A stretch of DNA of 64,000 nucleotides from an uncultured Pseudobdellovibrionaceae bacterium (lineage in GTDB: Bacteria; Bdellovibrionota; Bdellovibrionia; Bdellovibrionales; UBA1609): assembly GCA_963803705.1 (NCBI GenBank), contig CAWDNU010000004.1, forward strand, positions 399,943 to 463,942. Direction: 5' to 3'. A program made the position numbers and the translations under genes. Of the stretch, positions 29,203 through 39,814 are shown one piece after another. Under the pieces are notes generated by a model that was not told the DNA's origin, did no database searches, and was given only the letters and a program-made list of their open reading frames with translations. Position 1 is the first letter of the stretch. Each line of letters opens with the position of its first letter.

Positions 29203-32200
29203 TCACTGTCCTACTATTATCTTCATCACTGCATTAATATCGTCTAAAACTGTAATATCTAATTTTTCATCATTGTTAACGTCATCCACAAGCAAAGCAT
29301 TTGTGCTTAGTCCCGTTGGCAAAGTTTGATTACTTGAAAAATCACCCGTAAAAGAACCAAACAGCAGAGTCAAAGTTTGATCAGTCCCATTTCCGACTGC
29401 CAAATCCAGACGTCCGTTAGAGTTAAAATCACCTTTCACCAAACCGTTGGGTGATGAGCCTGCAAAAAAACTTAAAGTTGGTTCAAATTTTCCATCGCCT
29501 TTCCCTTTCAAAATACTTACTGATGAAGACAGGCTATTTGAAACTGCAAGGTCCAAGAATCCATCTGAATTTAAAAAACCAGAAACGATTCCATTAGGTC
29601 CTGATTGCACAGTGGATAGAGAAGTTAAAAAACCGCCACTGCCATTAGACAACATTGTCGTGATAGTACCGTCAGATTGATTAACGACAGCTGCGTCTAA
29701 AATAAAGTCCTCGTTAAAGTCACCAGTTGTTATATGTGTCGGTTGCGCCCCCACTGAAGTGAAGGAAGAAGCACCAAAATTTCCATCGCCAACTCCAGGA
29801 TAAAAATAAACCCGGTTTTGGCCGCTGGACGTCGCTAAAATATCTTCATGTCCATCTTTGTTAAAATCGCCATGCACCAGGGATGTGGGCTGTAAACCGG
29901 CACCGTAACTGTTGCCTGGGGTAAATACAGCGCTACCTTGACCGATAAAAACTCTGATAGCGTTACCACCATTTAATACTGTGACGATGTCAAGAATTCC
30001 ATCCTCATCCAGATCTACAAAAGTAACGTCAGTAGGACTGTTTCCAACCACTATGTTTCCATTCGCTGAAAAGAGCCCGCCGCCATTACCCATGTAAAAC
30101 GAAATCAATCCAGCTGAGCGACTTACAACTGCCTTGTCTAGGATTCCATCTGCATTTAAATCTGCGCTTATCACCTTCACCGGTCCACTAGCAACTGAAG
30201 TTACAAAGCCAAGTCGGCCATTAGACTGTCCAGGTAAAACTTGGAACTTAGATTCGCCACTTGAAACCACAAGCACATCATTTAGAGTGTCAGAATTAAA
30301 ATCACCAGTAGAAATATTAATTGGATTTATTAAAGTTTGTATTGGTTGCTGAACATTAAATCCACCATTATTTAATCCATAAAGAACCGAAACTGTGCTG
30401 TCCCCAATATTTGCAATAATTAGATCCGCAATATTATCAGCGTTTAAGTCAGTGGGTTTAACTGCGATAGGGCTTAAACCTGTAGGCGTATCTATAGCCA
30501 AATCAAAACTGTCATTCTGTAAATTTAAGAAAACTGAAACAGTATTATCAATATTATTGGTGACAATAATATCTAAAAAGTTATCGCTATTTATTTTACC
30601 CACTTCAATGTCCGAAGGTGCAGAACCAGTGCCGTAAACATCTTGGGTTTGAAAGGTTCCATTGCCGTTATTTATAAAAACACTCATTGTATTGTCAGTT
30701 GAATTTAGTACTGCAATATCATCAAATGAGTCATTATTAAAATCACCGACCACACTTTTAGTAGGTGCCTGTCCGGTGCTATAGATTGCTGGCGCCTGGA
30801 AGGTACCACTACTGTTTCCCATACGAACTGCAATCACATTGGCTGCCACTGAAACAATGACTGTATCTAGATATGCATCTGCATTAAAGCGCCCTGTAGA
30901 TATAGAAACTGGAAAATTTTCAAAACTGCTTACAGCTGTATTTTGTGGCGGATCAAAAGCACCGTTACCTCGACCAGCTAAAAACGAGTACTGTCCGCTT
31001 CCACTACCTGTACAGGTCATTATAAGATCCATATTGGCATCACTGTTAAATAATCCGTAGCTCATACTAGAGGGGCTATTACAAAGCCCATTGATTTTTG
31101 GAGGACTAGCAAATAAACCGTTTCCTTGCCCAAGCTTCACACTGACTGAAGGTTCTCCTTTATTTAAGACCAACACATCTGAAAATCCGTCATTGTTAAA
31201 GTCAGCAACTACAGCGTCGTCAGGACTGTTACCAATCTGAAAATTTAAATCAAAAGATCCAGAATTTCTAGACTGGCTTAATAGTAAAAATCTAGCCTTA
31301 GCGTTTCCAGTTCCAGCTAGATCAGGTAATAATCCTGTTAGTGGTAAAACTGATACGTAAGACCTGTTGGCGGTGTAGCCCTGAATCACCGAGACGGTAG
31401 CTAGGCCACTAGCGTTAGTAGTGCGATTAAGGTTACCAATCAAATGGACATCACCTGACGTATTTTGAAAAACCAAAGGGAAATTACTTACTCCGTTTCC
31501 AAACCGGTCAGCAACTTTTATTACAAGTGGCTCTGAAAAACTTTGACCAACGTAAGAAGATTGATTGTCACCATTTACAGTAGGAAATTCAAAGTGATCA
31601 GGTACGTCAGCTAAAACTTGAACATTTATATTCCGAGTGAAGCCTTGATTGTCAGTGACTCTTAAAACATCTGTTACGCCAGCAGTTGTTCCTGCGGTGT
31701 AGGTCCTTATTCCTGCATTATAAGTTGCACCTGATGGGTTTGCTGTAAATTGCACATTGTAAGGTGGTGTGCCACCTGTGATGCTAAATACTTCATCAGA
31801 ATTTACCGCAACTTGGGGGTTAGCTGGAATTACATTTAAAGAAAGCTTCTGCCAAACAAAATTAGCGCTCGCCTGATTTCCAGCCTGGTCAGTCTGGCGA
31901 ACTTCAATATTGTAGTTGGCGTCTACAAATTTTGGAAGATTGATACTAAATCTGGAGCTTGCACATTTAACACTTCCAGCACCATCTAAATGCAAACTAA
32001 TAGTTGCTCCGTTTTCGCATCCTCCGGTAATATTTAGCACGGCTTCACTTGAACTGTATGGATTTCCGATCGGATTTGTTATAGAGGGAACAGAAACACT
32101 AGTCTTTCTGTTCCAGACAAATACTGCTGGTGAAGATATTTTACCTGCAACATCTTGGGTGATAGAAAAGGTGTAAGTCCCATCAATACTTGCTAACAGA

Positions 32201-32454
32201 TCAAACGAATATTCGGAAGCTTCGCAATCAACCTGGGCGGATTGATTTCCACTTAAAATAACTCGACTGTCGGTTTGACAAAGCCCTTGAATATTTAAAT
32301 TTGAACCTTGCGAGTAAAATGGATTGCTTGTAGGCATAGAGATAGTGGGCTGGCCAATACTTGGCCCTAAACTACCCGATTTTACATCTAAGTTACCTTT
32401 ACAACCGGGCAGGACTAAAATAGCTAAAAGTGAAAGTAATAAATAATTTAACAT
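29203..32454 (-). CDS. Surface lipoprotein (1083 aa) with N-terminal Ig-like domains and 14 FG-GAP/VCBS repeats (two predicted 7-bladed beta-propellers)
   Basis: The lipobox is LVLPGC. Ig-like modules with Cys pairs and a Big_1-like segment (GQSFSEPLVIKVADRFGNGV) precede the repeats. I counted 14 repeats of the form GDFN(N/S/K)DGxxD(I/V/L), for example ADFNNDGFSDV, ADLNADGILD, VDLDEDGILD and GDFNKDGHEDI. Confidence 0.8.
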   Translation of the reverse strand: MLNYLLLSLLAILVLPGCKGNLDVKSGSLGPSIGQPTISMPTSNPFYSQGSNLNIQGLCQTDSRVILSGNQSAQVDCEASEYSFDLLASIDGTYTFSITQDVAGKISSPAVFVWNRKTSVSVPSITNPIGNPYSSSEAVLNITGGCENGATISLHLDGAGSVKCASSRFSINLPKFVDANYNIEVRQTDQAGNQASANFVWQKLSLNVIPANPQVAVNSDEVFSITGGTPPYNVQFTANPSGATYNAGIRTYTAGTTAGVTDVLRVTDNQGFTRNINVQVLADVPDHFEFPTVNGDNQSSYVGQSFSEPLVIKVADRFGNGVSNFPLVFQNTSGDVHLIGNLNRTTNASGLATVSVIQGYTANRSYVSVLPLTGLLPDLAGTGNAKARFLLLSQSRNSGSFDLNFQIGNSPDDAVVADFNNDGFSDVLVLNKGEPSVSVKLGQGNGLFASPPKINGLCNSPSSMSYGLFNSDANMDLIMTCTGSGSGQYSFLAGRGNGAFDPPQNTAVSSFENFPVSISTGRFNADAYLDTVIVSVAANVIAVRMGNSSGTFQAPAIYSTGQAPTKSVVGDFNNDSFDDIAVLNSTDNTMSVFINNGNGTFQTQDVYGTGSAPSDIEVGKINSDNFLDIIVTNNIDNTVSVFLNLQNDSFDLAIDTPTGLSPIAVKPTDLNADNIADLIIANIGDSTVSVLYGLNNGGFNVQQPIQTLINPINISTGDFNSDTLNDVLVVSSGESKFQVLPGQSNGRLGFVTSVASGPVKVISADLNADGILDKAVVSRSAGLISFYMGNGGGLFSANGNIVVGNSPTDVTFVDLDEDGILDIVTVLNGGNAIRVFIGQGSAVFTPGNSYGAGLQPTSLVHGDFNKDGHEDILATSSGQNRVYFYPGVGDGNFGASSFTSVGAQPTHITTGDFNEDFILDAAVVNQSDGTITTMLSNGSGGFLTSLSTVQSGPNGIVSGFLNSDGFLDLAVSNSLSSSVSILKGKGDGKFEPTLSFFAGSSPNGLVKGDFNSNGRLDLAVGNGTDQTLTLLFGSFTGDFSSNQTLPTGLSTNALLVDDVNNDEKLDITVLDDINAVMKIIVGQ

Positions 32455-32455
32455 T

Positions 32456-35400
32456 CTATTTAGGCACCCTAACGACTCGGTTTGCGTCGCCGTCAGTCAC
32501 ATAAAGATAATTTGCATCGCCTGAAATCATGCCGCGAATGCCGCTCCATTGCCCAAGTAAAACTCCACTTGCTATACGCCCACCTTGACACCAACCGGGT
32601 GTAGAAGCGGTCGCTCCAACACAACCTGGGTCACCGCCGGTTGGTGGAACGCTAGAAGAAATTCCACCTTTCCAACCTACCATGTTACCAGTGGCTTTAT
32701 CCATTTTCCACAAACTCATTCCATCACTTTCTCTTTGGCACGGGTAAGAGTTTAAGCCATAAATAAAGTTTGTGTCGACCCAAATACTTATTGGTCTAGA
32801 ACAGTCAGAACTATTTCCTACGTTATTAACGTTGGTGCGACCAGTCTCCCAAGTATTACTATATTGACCAGTGTCTTCTCTTGTTCTGGCAGCAGAATGA
32901 AAGGTACCGTTGTTAATATTGAATCTATCAACTCGGTTGTTTCTTGTGTTAGTAACAAATAGAAATACTCCATCAGTGTGGATGCTTGACGTTTCATTGC
33001 TGTTTTCGAAAAAAAATCCCCCACCATTATCACTTCTGGTTGTTCCTGCTCGTGACGTTCCACCAAAGCACCAGCCAGTAGTTCCAGAATAAGGCTCGTA
33101 ACCGTTAGCGATATTGTAGTCCCCGTTAGAGGCAACACCACACCCAGACGTTGGATTAGAATTTACTCGCCCAATCCATCCTTCAAAATTACCAGTGGTT
33201 GCATTGTACTTAGAGACCCTATGGTTTGAAATATCGATTACAAAAAGCGAACCCGCATAGTAGGTCATGCCCCCAGGACTATTTAGCATTCCGTCTTCAG
33301 ACCCGCTAGTGCTTCTACCACCAAAACACCAACCTGGGGTAAATGTACCTGATGATGCTCCCGAACAACCTGCAGCTCCGCCGGTTGGGCTTGAACCACT
33401 ACTAGTACTAATTCGACCGATCCAACCGCCATAACTTCCACTATCAACCCGGAATCTTTGGATACGGTGTAAACTGTTATCAGTGATATATAACCAAGTA
33501 CCATCTGAAGCTAAACCTTGTGGTCTATACATAATTCCATCTACTAAATCATCTATTAGGTTATTATCGTTCCATGTAAACGTTGGGTAACTACTGGCCC
33601 CTAAACACCAACTTGGTGATGGACCCATAGCATTTGCAGATAAGCATCCTGCTGTCTGACCACCGGTTGGAACAGATGTGATACCACCTATCCATCCCAC
33701 TAACTGACCAGTATTTTTACTAATCTTTTTAACCCTAGATCCTTCTCTTTCAGTTACGAATAAAAAATCCCCAACTACCAGTGAACCCACAGGACTGTAC
33801 ATTGAGTTGTCATCTAACCCATAAAACTCTGCAGGTTTAGTCCTGTCGGATGTCCATGTTTTAGGGCTTTTGCTTTCTAAACCAATAGCCCCTTGGTAGA
33901 CACCTGTTGCCGTACTAAATTTTTTCAGCATTGCAAATTCACGACTGATTGCTAAAAATGAACCCGCACCATCAAATGCAATACCGTAATTATTTAGAAA
34001 TGATCTTTCACCTAATCCTGGTTTATGGGATCCACCCAAACACCAACCCGGTGTATTATCATTGGGCTGAAGACTACTACATCCTGCATTTCCCGACATA
34101 CCGGAATTGTTAGACACTTTACCCATCCAAGATTCGATCAACCCTGTTGTACCGACTTTCAAAATTCTTTCATCGTCAGAAACATAAAAATAAGTACCGT
34201 CGAACGAAAACTGCTGGGGATTAGTCCAGGTAAAGTTCAAATTAGGAAGTCTTTCTACAAAAGCGCCAGTGTCTTTATTATACCGGTTAATAACACCACC
34301 ATCACCACTGTTTAATACATACATATTTGTGCCGTTGATAATAATGTCTCTGGCTTCTCTTACGCCACCTTGAACACCACTCTGGCTTCTAGCATTTACT
34401 GATTTGTAACTACCACCAAAACACCAACCTGGTGTCAGTTGATCTCTCGAGCTTAGGGTGCAACCTGCAGAACCGCTACTAGGTGTATTGTCAACCATAC
34501 CAATCCAACCTTGAAATGCACCTGTGGTTTTATTGTATCTTAAAACCGCACCAGCAACGCCAACATATAAAAACGTGTTGTCTATTTCTAAACCTTGAGG
34601 GTTTAGCATGCGGCCATCACCAACTCTACTATCATTGTTTGTTTGGTTTCCACCAATACACCAGCCCGGTGTAACAGCGCCGTTACTGACAGATGTACAA
34701 CCTGCGGCCCCACCAGTGCCTGTACCACTTGGCGTAGAGTTATTAACTTGCCCAATCCAACCATCAAATGCACCGGTGTCTACTCTATGCCTTGTGACGG
34801 AATCACCACTAACATTAGAGACATATACATAGGTGTCATCAGAAACTAAACCCCAGGGTTGATAAAGTCCACCAGTAGTCGTAGATCCTGTGGCTCTTGA
34901 ACGTCCACCTACACACCAACCAGGTAGGTCCTGATTATCATTTGTGGAAATACAAAGTGCATTACTAGGCACCGGCTGCTTACTTCCATTCGACCCGATG
35001 CCATTTTCTTTAAGCATTCTACCAATCCAGCCACGATATTCTAAATTCTGATAGTCATACTTAATAATTCTATGGGCATCTGCATCTGCAACAAATAGAA
35101 ATTGTTTATTTGGAGTGAAGGCAATTTGTTGCGCTCCGCGAATACCATCATATCTTGCAGAAACAGGCTTTAAGCCCATTCTAAAAGGAAGTAGGTTTCC
35201 ACCAGCGTCTTCTTGGGTCGAATCAGTCCCTAACCAACCCCAGTCACCAATTACTGACCAAGCCTGTGTGGCAGGAGTCAATACAGCTGCGTTATCAGTA
35301 GCGGTTAAAGTCAAAGGCGCCTCTGGATACTGACCTTTAAAATAAAAAGTTTTTGAGCTTTGACCGGGTAAAAAAGTCACTGAAGTTATTCCAATCTCAC

Positions 35401-38350
35401 AAATGCTATCGTTGTAAAAACCAGCAGCTGCACCTGCTCCGGTAAGATTAACTATAGTGTTAGCCACAACTGGAGCCACCGTTGAGTCACCATCTAAAGT
35501 TTCCACACGAAAGGGTCCTCGGCACGCACTTGTCAAAGAGCTTGCAGGCGCTGCAGGTGCCGTAATGCGTAAACCTGAAGGACTGATTGTTAACTGTCTA
35601 GTTGCGGACTGACTCATTAAACCAGCTTGATCAGAAATAAAAATGTTTAGAATTTCTGCCTGTTGGCCTTTAAAATAAACTATTACCGTTGATGATCCCT
35701 CTGGGACAGTAACACTAGTGTTAGAGCCACCACCAGAACATGATGCTGAAGTATAAAAGCGACCCGTAGAGGATGCCCCTTGCACACCATTAACATTTAA
35801 GTTGAAGGTTCTATCGGCAGGCACGTTATTATTTAATGTATCTCTTAAACGAATTGTAAATGCTGTTGAACACTGTCCAGCCACAACGCTTGATGGTCCG
35901 CTATAAATAATTTTTGAAGCCAGTACTTTGACATCTTGAAACGGTGATATAGTGGCTATATTACCCAGTGGATCTGAGGCTGTAATGACTAAGTTCTCTC
36001 CCTTAGGATCTTTTAAGTACACAAGTGTTTTGTTATTTGGTGATACACCCTGGCTCATTGGAAAACCAGCTGGCGAAATTTCTGTAGTACAAGTGTCATT
36101 AGAATAAATCTTTGCGTCCGATCCAGTGATACCTGTCATCAAAATGTTCGTGGCTCCAAAAACCTGTCCTGCCGAGTTATCTTCTGCTAGCGGAGAAATA
36201 ACAATTTTAGTAGAACACTCACCGGATAAAACAGTTAGTGTTGAACCTGGAGCTGCCGGCGGAGCGGCTTCTGCTAAAACACTTATTTTACTTGGAGTCA
36301 CATTTAAAGTGTAATTTGCCGGAGTCAAAACAGCAGATGAATCCGAGGCTACGATATTTAAAGCTAGTGACTTGTTATTTCTTAAGTAAACAGTTCTTGT
36401 GTCAGTGCCAGGTGTGAAAGTCACATTGGTACTTAACGCTGCACCTCCACAGGTGCTGCTAGAATACAAAAGTGATGTTCCCAATCCTGTAAGCTGCACA
36501 GTTGTATTAGTTGTAGCTTTTGAAGGGTTACCTCCAAAATCTCTTAGTTGTAAAGTGATCGCAGAACTACACTGTCCCGATCTGACGGACGAAGCTCCTT
36601 GCATTGATATAACTCTTGGAATACCTGCGGTTATATTGAAGTTATTGCTAGTAGCAGGACTTAAAGCACCTGAGCTTGCGACCAAACGAAAGCCACTTCC
36701 CGTTTGATCTATTCCAAGATTACTAAATGTAGCCAGGCCTCCAACTGCATTTTTGGGATGAGTTCCAGTTAAATTAGCAGCCCCGACATTATTAGAAATA
36801 GATAATGCGATGGATCCGATACTTGAAGGTCCGGATGAGATTAAGTTTCCTTGAGCATCTTGAACAGCCACTTGAATTTCGTTCATCCCATTATTTCCAG
36901 CTGGGGAATTTTGCGGCTGAATGATAAACGCCAATCTGCTGGGCGAACCGGCCTTAAACGGAGCCGCCACGGCAATTCCAGTAAGACCAGCGGGTGAAGT
37001 GATATTTAAAGTTCTTGCAGGGTTGGTATCAGCTGTAGTTGTCGAAATCGATCCTGATGTTACACCTAATGCATTTGTTGATAGTAAAGGTTGATTTAAA
37101 AAATCACCAGGAACACTGGAACTAAATTGTGGTCTTACCCCAGGCACTGCATTGCCGTATCTATCTTTTAAGTTAAATATAACTTGGTAAGAGTCTGTTC
37201 CATTAGCTACTAAAGCATCGAAAGGGGGCTGAATAGGCGGATCAATAGTGATTGTGGTAAAGTCTGGATGAACAGCTCCCGGGGTTATATTAAAAGCATT
37301 AGAATTTACAGTCATCACCGGTGTGCCAAAGCTAAGCGAAGAGGTATCGGATTTCTTCGCTGTTAGAATTTTAGAACCCGCTTCTTCAAAAAAAATATCG
37401 TTGAAAGTAGCAACCCCTGCAACCGCGTTGATTGCAAAAGTCCCTCTGACTGTTCCACCCGTTGGTGAAGCGGTTGAAATTTCTAAAGTGATCAGAGCTG
37501 TTGCATCTGGACCACCAGAAACAATATTATTGTTTTCATCTAAGACATGCACTACTGGCTGTACATTTAATAAATCACCGGCTGCTGCGTTACCTGGCTG
37601 TGTTAAAAATACCAACCGATCTGCACTGCCTAACGCGGTAAAGTTTACTGTCTGCAAATTGTTATCTTCAATCCCATCAACTGACACATTTACTTTACAT
37701 GTGTATTGAGTGTTTGTTTGCAAACCTGATATGATTACAGAACTTAAACTCATGTCTGTAATAGATTCGTAAAGTTGATAACCAGGGTTTATATTTGTAA
37801 AGCAGTAGGCAGCTGCGTTTAAAGCTTCTCCGCCACTAGTAGTGCTATAAAAAATTTGTGCTGAAGTACTTGAAACAACACTTACAGACGTTGCTCCGCC
37901 GTAGGGGATCCCTGGCGCGTCATTAATATTTATGTCTTCATTGCCCAAGTCATCAACAGCTTTAACCCTAAAACGATATAAGATATTTCTATTTAAACCA
38001 CTGATCGTCGTCGATGTCGTATCTGCATCAACTGTCTTAAGTAACACTGGGGCCGTGGGCAAAGTGGCATTATAAATATTGTATGAAACGACTTTATCTA
38101 ATGGTGATCTGACCCAACTGACTCGGACTTGATTGGCAGACAAAGTCTGAACAACATTAACACCAGTGAAACCACCAAAAGTTGTATCTCCGTCGATGGA
38201 CTCTTGAGTTAGGCTTTTTTCTGAGGGCACGCATGAGATTAAAAAGAAAACGGATAAAAGAATTAGAAAACCACTTTTTATCAACTTAAAAAACGACAGA
38301 GTCTTATCAATATTGTGGGCTTTCATATTTCTAAAGATTACTTCTATCAT
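32456..38350 (-). CDS. Giant surface lipoprotein (1964 aa): Fn3, Big_1-like and Cys-pair Ig-like modules, then an NHL-like beta-propeller region with repeated Cys-containing inserts
   Basis: The lipobox is FFLISC. Fn3 is marked by VRVSWVRSPLDKVVSYNIYN...YRFRVKAVD. Big-like segments include LVFLTQPGNAAAGDLLNVQPVVHVLDENNNIV and LAFIIQPQNSPAGN...VAVQDAQGNLI. NHL-like blades include MYRPQGLASDGTWLYITDNSLHRIQRFRVDSGSYGGWIG. The stop is 1 nt from the downstream gene's start at 32454. Confidence 0.75.
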   Translation of the reverse strand: MIEVIFRNMKAHNIDKTLSFFKLIKSGFLILLSVFFLISCVPSEKSLTQESIDGDTTFGGFTGVNVVQTLSANQVRVSWVRSPLDKVVSYNIYNATLPTAPVLLKTVDADTTSTTISGLNRNILYRFRVKAVDDLGNEDININDAPGIPYGGATSVSVVSSTSAQIFYSTTSGGEALNAAAYCFTNINPGYQLYESITDMSLSSVIISGLQTNTQYTCKVNVSVDGIEDNNLQTVNFTALGSADRLVFLTQPGNAAAGDLLNVQPVVHVLDENNNIVSGGPDATALITLEISTASPTGGTVRGTFAINAVAGVATFNDIFFEEAGSKILTAKKSDTSSLSFGTPVMTVNSNAFNITPGAVHPDFTTITIDPPIQPPFDALVANGTDSYQVIFNLKDRYGNAVPGVRPQFSSSVPGDFLNQPLLSTNALGVTSGSISTTTADTNPARTLNITSPAGLTGIAVAAPFKAGSPSRLAFIIQPQNSPAGNNGMNEIQVAVQDAQGNLISSGPSSIGSIALSISNNVGAANLTGTHPKNAVGGLATFSNLGIDQTGSGFRLVASSGALSPATSNNFNITAGIPRVISMQGASSVRSGQCSSAITLQLRDFGGNPSKATTNTTVQLTGLGTSLLYSSSTCGGAALSTNVTFTPGTDTRTVYLRNNKSLALNIVASDSSAVLTPANYTLNVTPSKISVLAEAAPPAAPGSTLTVLSGECSTKIVISPLAEDNSAGQVFGATNILMTGITGSDAKIYSNDTCTTEISPAGFPMSQGVSPNNKTLVYLKDPKGENLVITASDPLGNIATISPFQDVKVLASKIIYSGPSSVVAGQCSTAFTIRLRDTLNNNVPADRTFNLNVNGVQGASSTGRFYTSASCSGGGSNTSVTVPEGSSTVIVYFKGQQAEILNIFISDQAGLMSQSATRQLTISPSGLRITAPAAPASSLTSACRGPFRVETLDGDSTVAPVVANTIVNLTGAGAAAGFYNDSICEIGITSVTFLPGQSSKTFYFKGQYPEAPLTLTATDNAAVLTPATQAWSVIGDWGWLGTDSTQEDAGGNLLPFRMGLKPVSARYDGIRGAQQIAFTPNKQFLFVADADAHRIIKYDYQNLEYRGWIGRMLKENGIGSNGSKQPVPSNALCISTNDNQDLPGWCVGGRSRATGSTTTGGLYQPWGLVSDDTYVYVSNVSGDSVTRHRVDTGAFDGWIGQVNNSTPSGTGTGGAAGCTSVSNGAVTPGWCIGGNQTNNDSRVGDGRMLNPQGLEIDNTFLYVGVAGAVLRYNKTTGAFQGWIGMVDNTPSSGSAGCTLSSRDQLTPGWCFGGSYKSVNARSQSGVQGGVREARDIIINGTNMYVLNSGDGGVINRYNKDTGAFVERLPNLNFTWTNPQQFSFDGTYFYVSDDERILKVGTTGLIESWMGKVSNNSGMSGNAGCSSLQPNDNTPGWCLGGSHKPGLGERSFLNNYGIAFDGAGSFLAISREFAMLKKFSTATGVYQGAIGLESKSPKTWTSDRTKPAEFYGLDDNSMYSPVGSLVVGDFLFVTEREGSRVKKISKNTGQLVGWIGGITSVPTGGQTAGCLSANAMGPSPSWCLGASSYPTFTWNDNNLIDDLVDGIMYRPQGLASDGTWLYITDNSLHRIQRFRVDSGSYGGWIGRISTSSGSSPTGGAAGCSGASSGTFTPGWCFGGRSTSGSEDGMLNSPGGMTYYAGSLFVIDISNHRVSKYNATTGNFEGWIGRVNSNPTSGCGVASNGDYNIANGYEPYSGTTGWCFGGTSRAGTTRSDNGGGFFFENSNETSSIHTDGVFLFVTNTRNNRVDRFNINNGTFHSAARTREDTGQYSNTWETGRTNVNNVGNSSDCSRPISIWVDTNFIYGLNSYPCQRESDGMSLWKMDKATGNMVGWKGGISSSVPPTGGDPGCVGATASTPGWCQGGRIASGVLLGQWSGIRGMISGDANYLYVTDGDANRVVRVPK

Positions 38351-38699
38351 ATATCGCCTTTTTAAATTTATATAAAGATTTCGTTAATGGGGCATAACCT
38401 ATATAGTATTTATCGACTTTTATAGAAAATCTCTCTAGCTTTTTTTACAGTAAATTTAAGTTATCTTAATTTTCATGGCTTAGATTAATACAGTAAACTT
38501 AGGTCAAGGTTCACTTAGTTTGGCAAAGATTAAGCAGGGCTTACAGCTTAATAAAATATAGAAGTTCGACAACTTAGTTGAATAAGTTTCGAAAATTCTC
38601 AGTATGAAACACTATTTTAAGGAGAATCTTTTAAATTGATGGATGGGGCTGCAAATTGAATTTAAGATTAATTTTTAAATTAAATATGAATTTACTTTT

Positions 38700-39773
38700 T
38701 TAAAAACTAAGTGATATAAAGGCGTTGAACTGATCAGCATTTATACTTTCATTTTTATCTGAAAATTTGTGACTAGCGTATGACAAACCGTATTGCAAAC
38801 GCCTTAAATTATTTAAATTTTTAGTCCAATCCAAATTAAGTTTAATTGTCCGTTCCCCGAAAGGATCTGAAAAATCGTAAGGTGTAATTTGTAATTCCGC
38901 AGAGTAGCTGTCTTTTGCAGATCTGTAAAGTTCTGTTCGAAGACCAAAATTAGCACCATATAAACCCGAGAAACCAAAAGAGCTGCCTAAAGAAAATAAA
39001 TTTATTGTTGATGCTCCGAAGGTTAATCGACTTCTATACTTAGGATTTTTAGTTAATTTGACCAGCAAACTTGCTCCGGCCCTAGCGTCAAAAAATTGAG
39101 GGTTCTCATCCACTGGCGATGAGGAATAGGTAAATAATGTTAAGTTGGCGTCTGCGAAGTAGCCAATTTTTCGTCCTTTTTCTGGAGTGATATATTTAAC
39201 ACCAACTAACATAGCTTGAGAAACAAAAGTTCCAAATGAGGTTTGTCTATAAATTAAATATGAATGACCAATACTAAAGAACACAGAGTCAAATAGTGAC
39301 ACCATCTTAAATTCTCTAGCCTCTGGAGCAAACAGGTAAAATGTTTCTGTCTGCACTTCATTTTCTGGACCTACAGACGTCAAAAAAAGTGTGCTTATTC
39401 TTGATCGCAAATAAGCGTAAACGACATGCGTTCCTTCTGCATCTAGTCTTCTGACAGGTTCCTTATCGCTTAAAAACAGTTGCCATCCAGGTTTATTATA
39501 ATCAAGTTTCATCTTTACCATTGGCCTGAAAGATTCGCCTTGAGGCACTAAATAAACTGGCAGCTGCACCTGCGAAAGCTTTAGCTCAGGTAACCGACTT
39601 GGTGCCTGCTTGTCTCTTAGAATGTGCGCCACCCACAAAGCTTGTTTAGTTTTTAACGCTTCAGGTTCCACTGTTTTTTTTTCCGAAATTCCAACGGCAG
39701 CTTTGGTTTCACCATTTGCAGTTGAAATAAACTGGCTAATTACTACAAATGAAAAGAAGGCTTTCAAGAACAT
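38700..39773 (-). CDS. Putative outer-membrane beta-barrel protein
   Basis: It has the signal peptide FSFVVISQFISTANG, alternating strand-like segments in the C-terminal ~200 aa, and the terminal aromatic ending ...FISLSF. Confidence 0.5.
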   Translation of the reverse strand: MFLKAFFSFVVISQFISTANGETKAAVGISEKKTVEPEALKTKQALWVAHILRDKQAPSRLPELKLSQVQLPVYLVPQGESFRPMVKMKLDYNKPGWQLFLSDKEPVRRLDAEGTHVVYAYLRSRISTLFLTSVGPENEVQTETFYLFAPEAREFKMVSLFDSVFFSIGHSYLIYRQTSFGTFVSQAMLVGVKYITPEKGRKIGYFADANLTLFTYSSSPVDENPQFFDARAGASLLVKLTKNPKYRSRLTFGASTINLFSLGSSFGFSGLYGANFGLRTELYRSAKDSYSAELQITPYDFSDPFGERTIKLNLDWTKNLNNLRRLQYGLSYASHKFSDKNESINADQFNAFISLSF

Positions 39774-39814
39774 AGTATAAGGGTCTCAAAAAGCAATTGT
39801 TTATACAAGTTTCT

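Noticed and set aside
32818-37709. About a dozen 60-128-aa ORFs on both strands inside the 1964-aa gene, with similar ones inside the 2304-aa and 1083-aa genes (for example 25657-25857 and 29447-32176)
   Set aside because: They are shadow ORFs. The Gly/Ser/Thr/Ala-rich repeat coding sequence is locally stop-poor in other frames. All are nested in long ORFs with clear domain structure.
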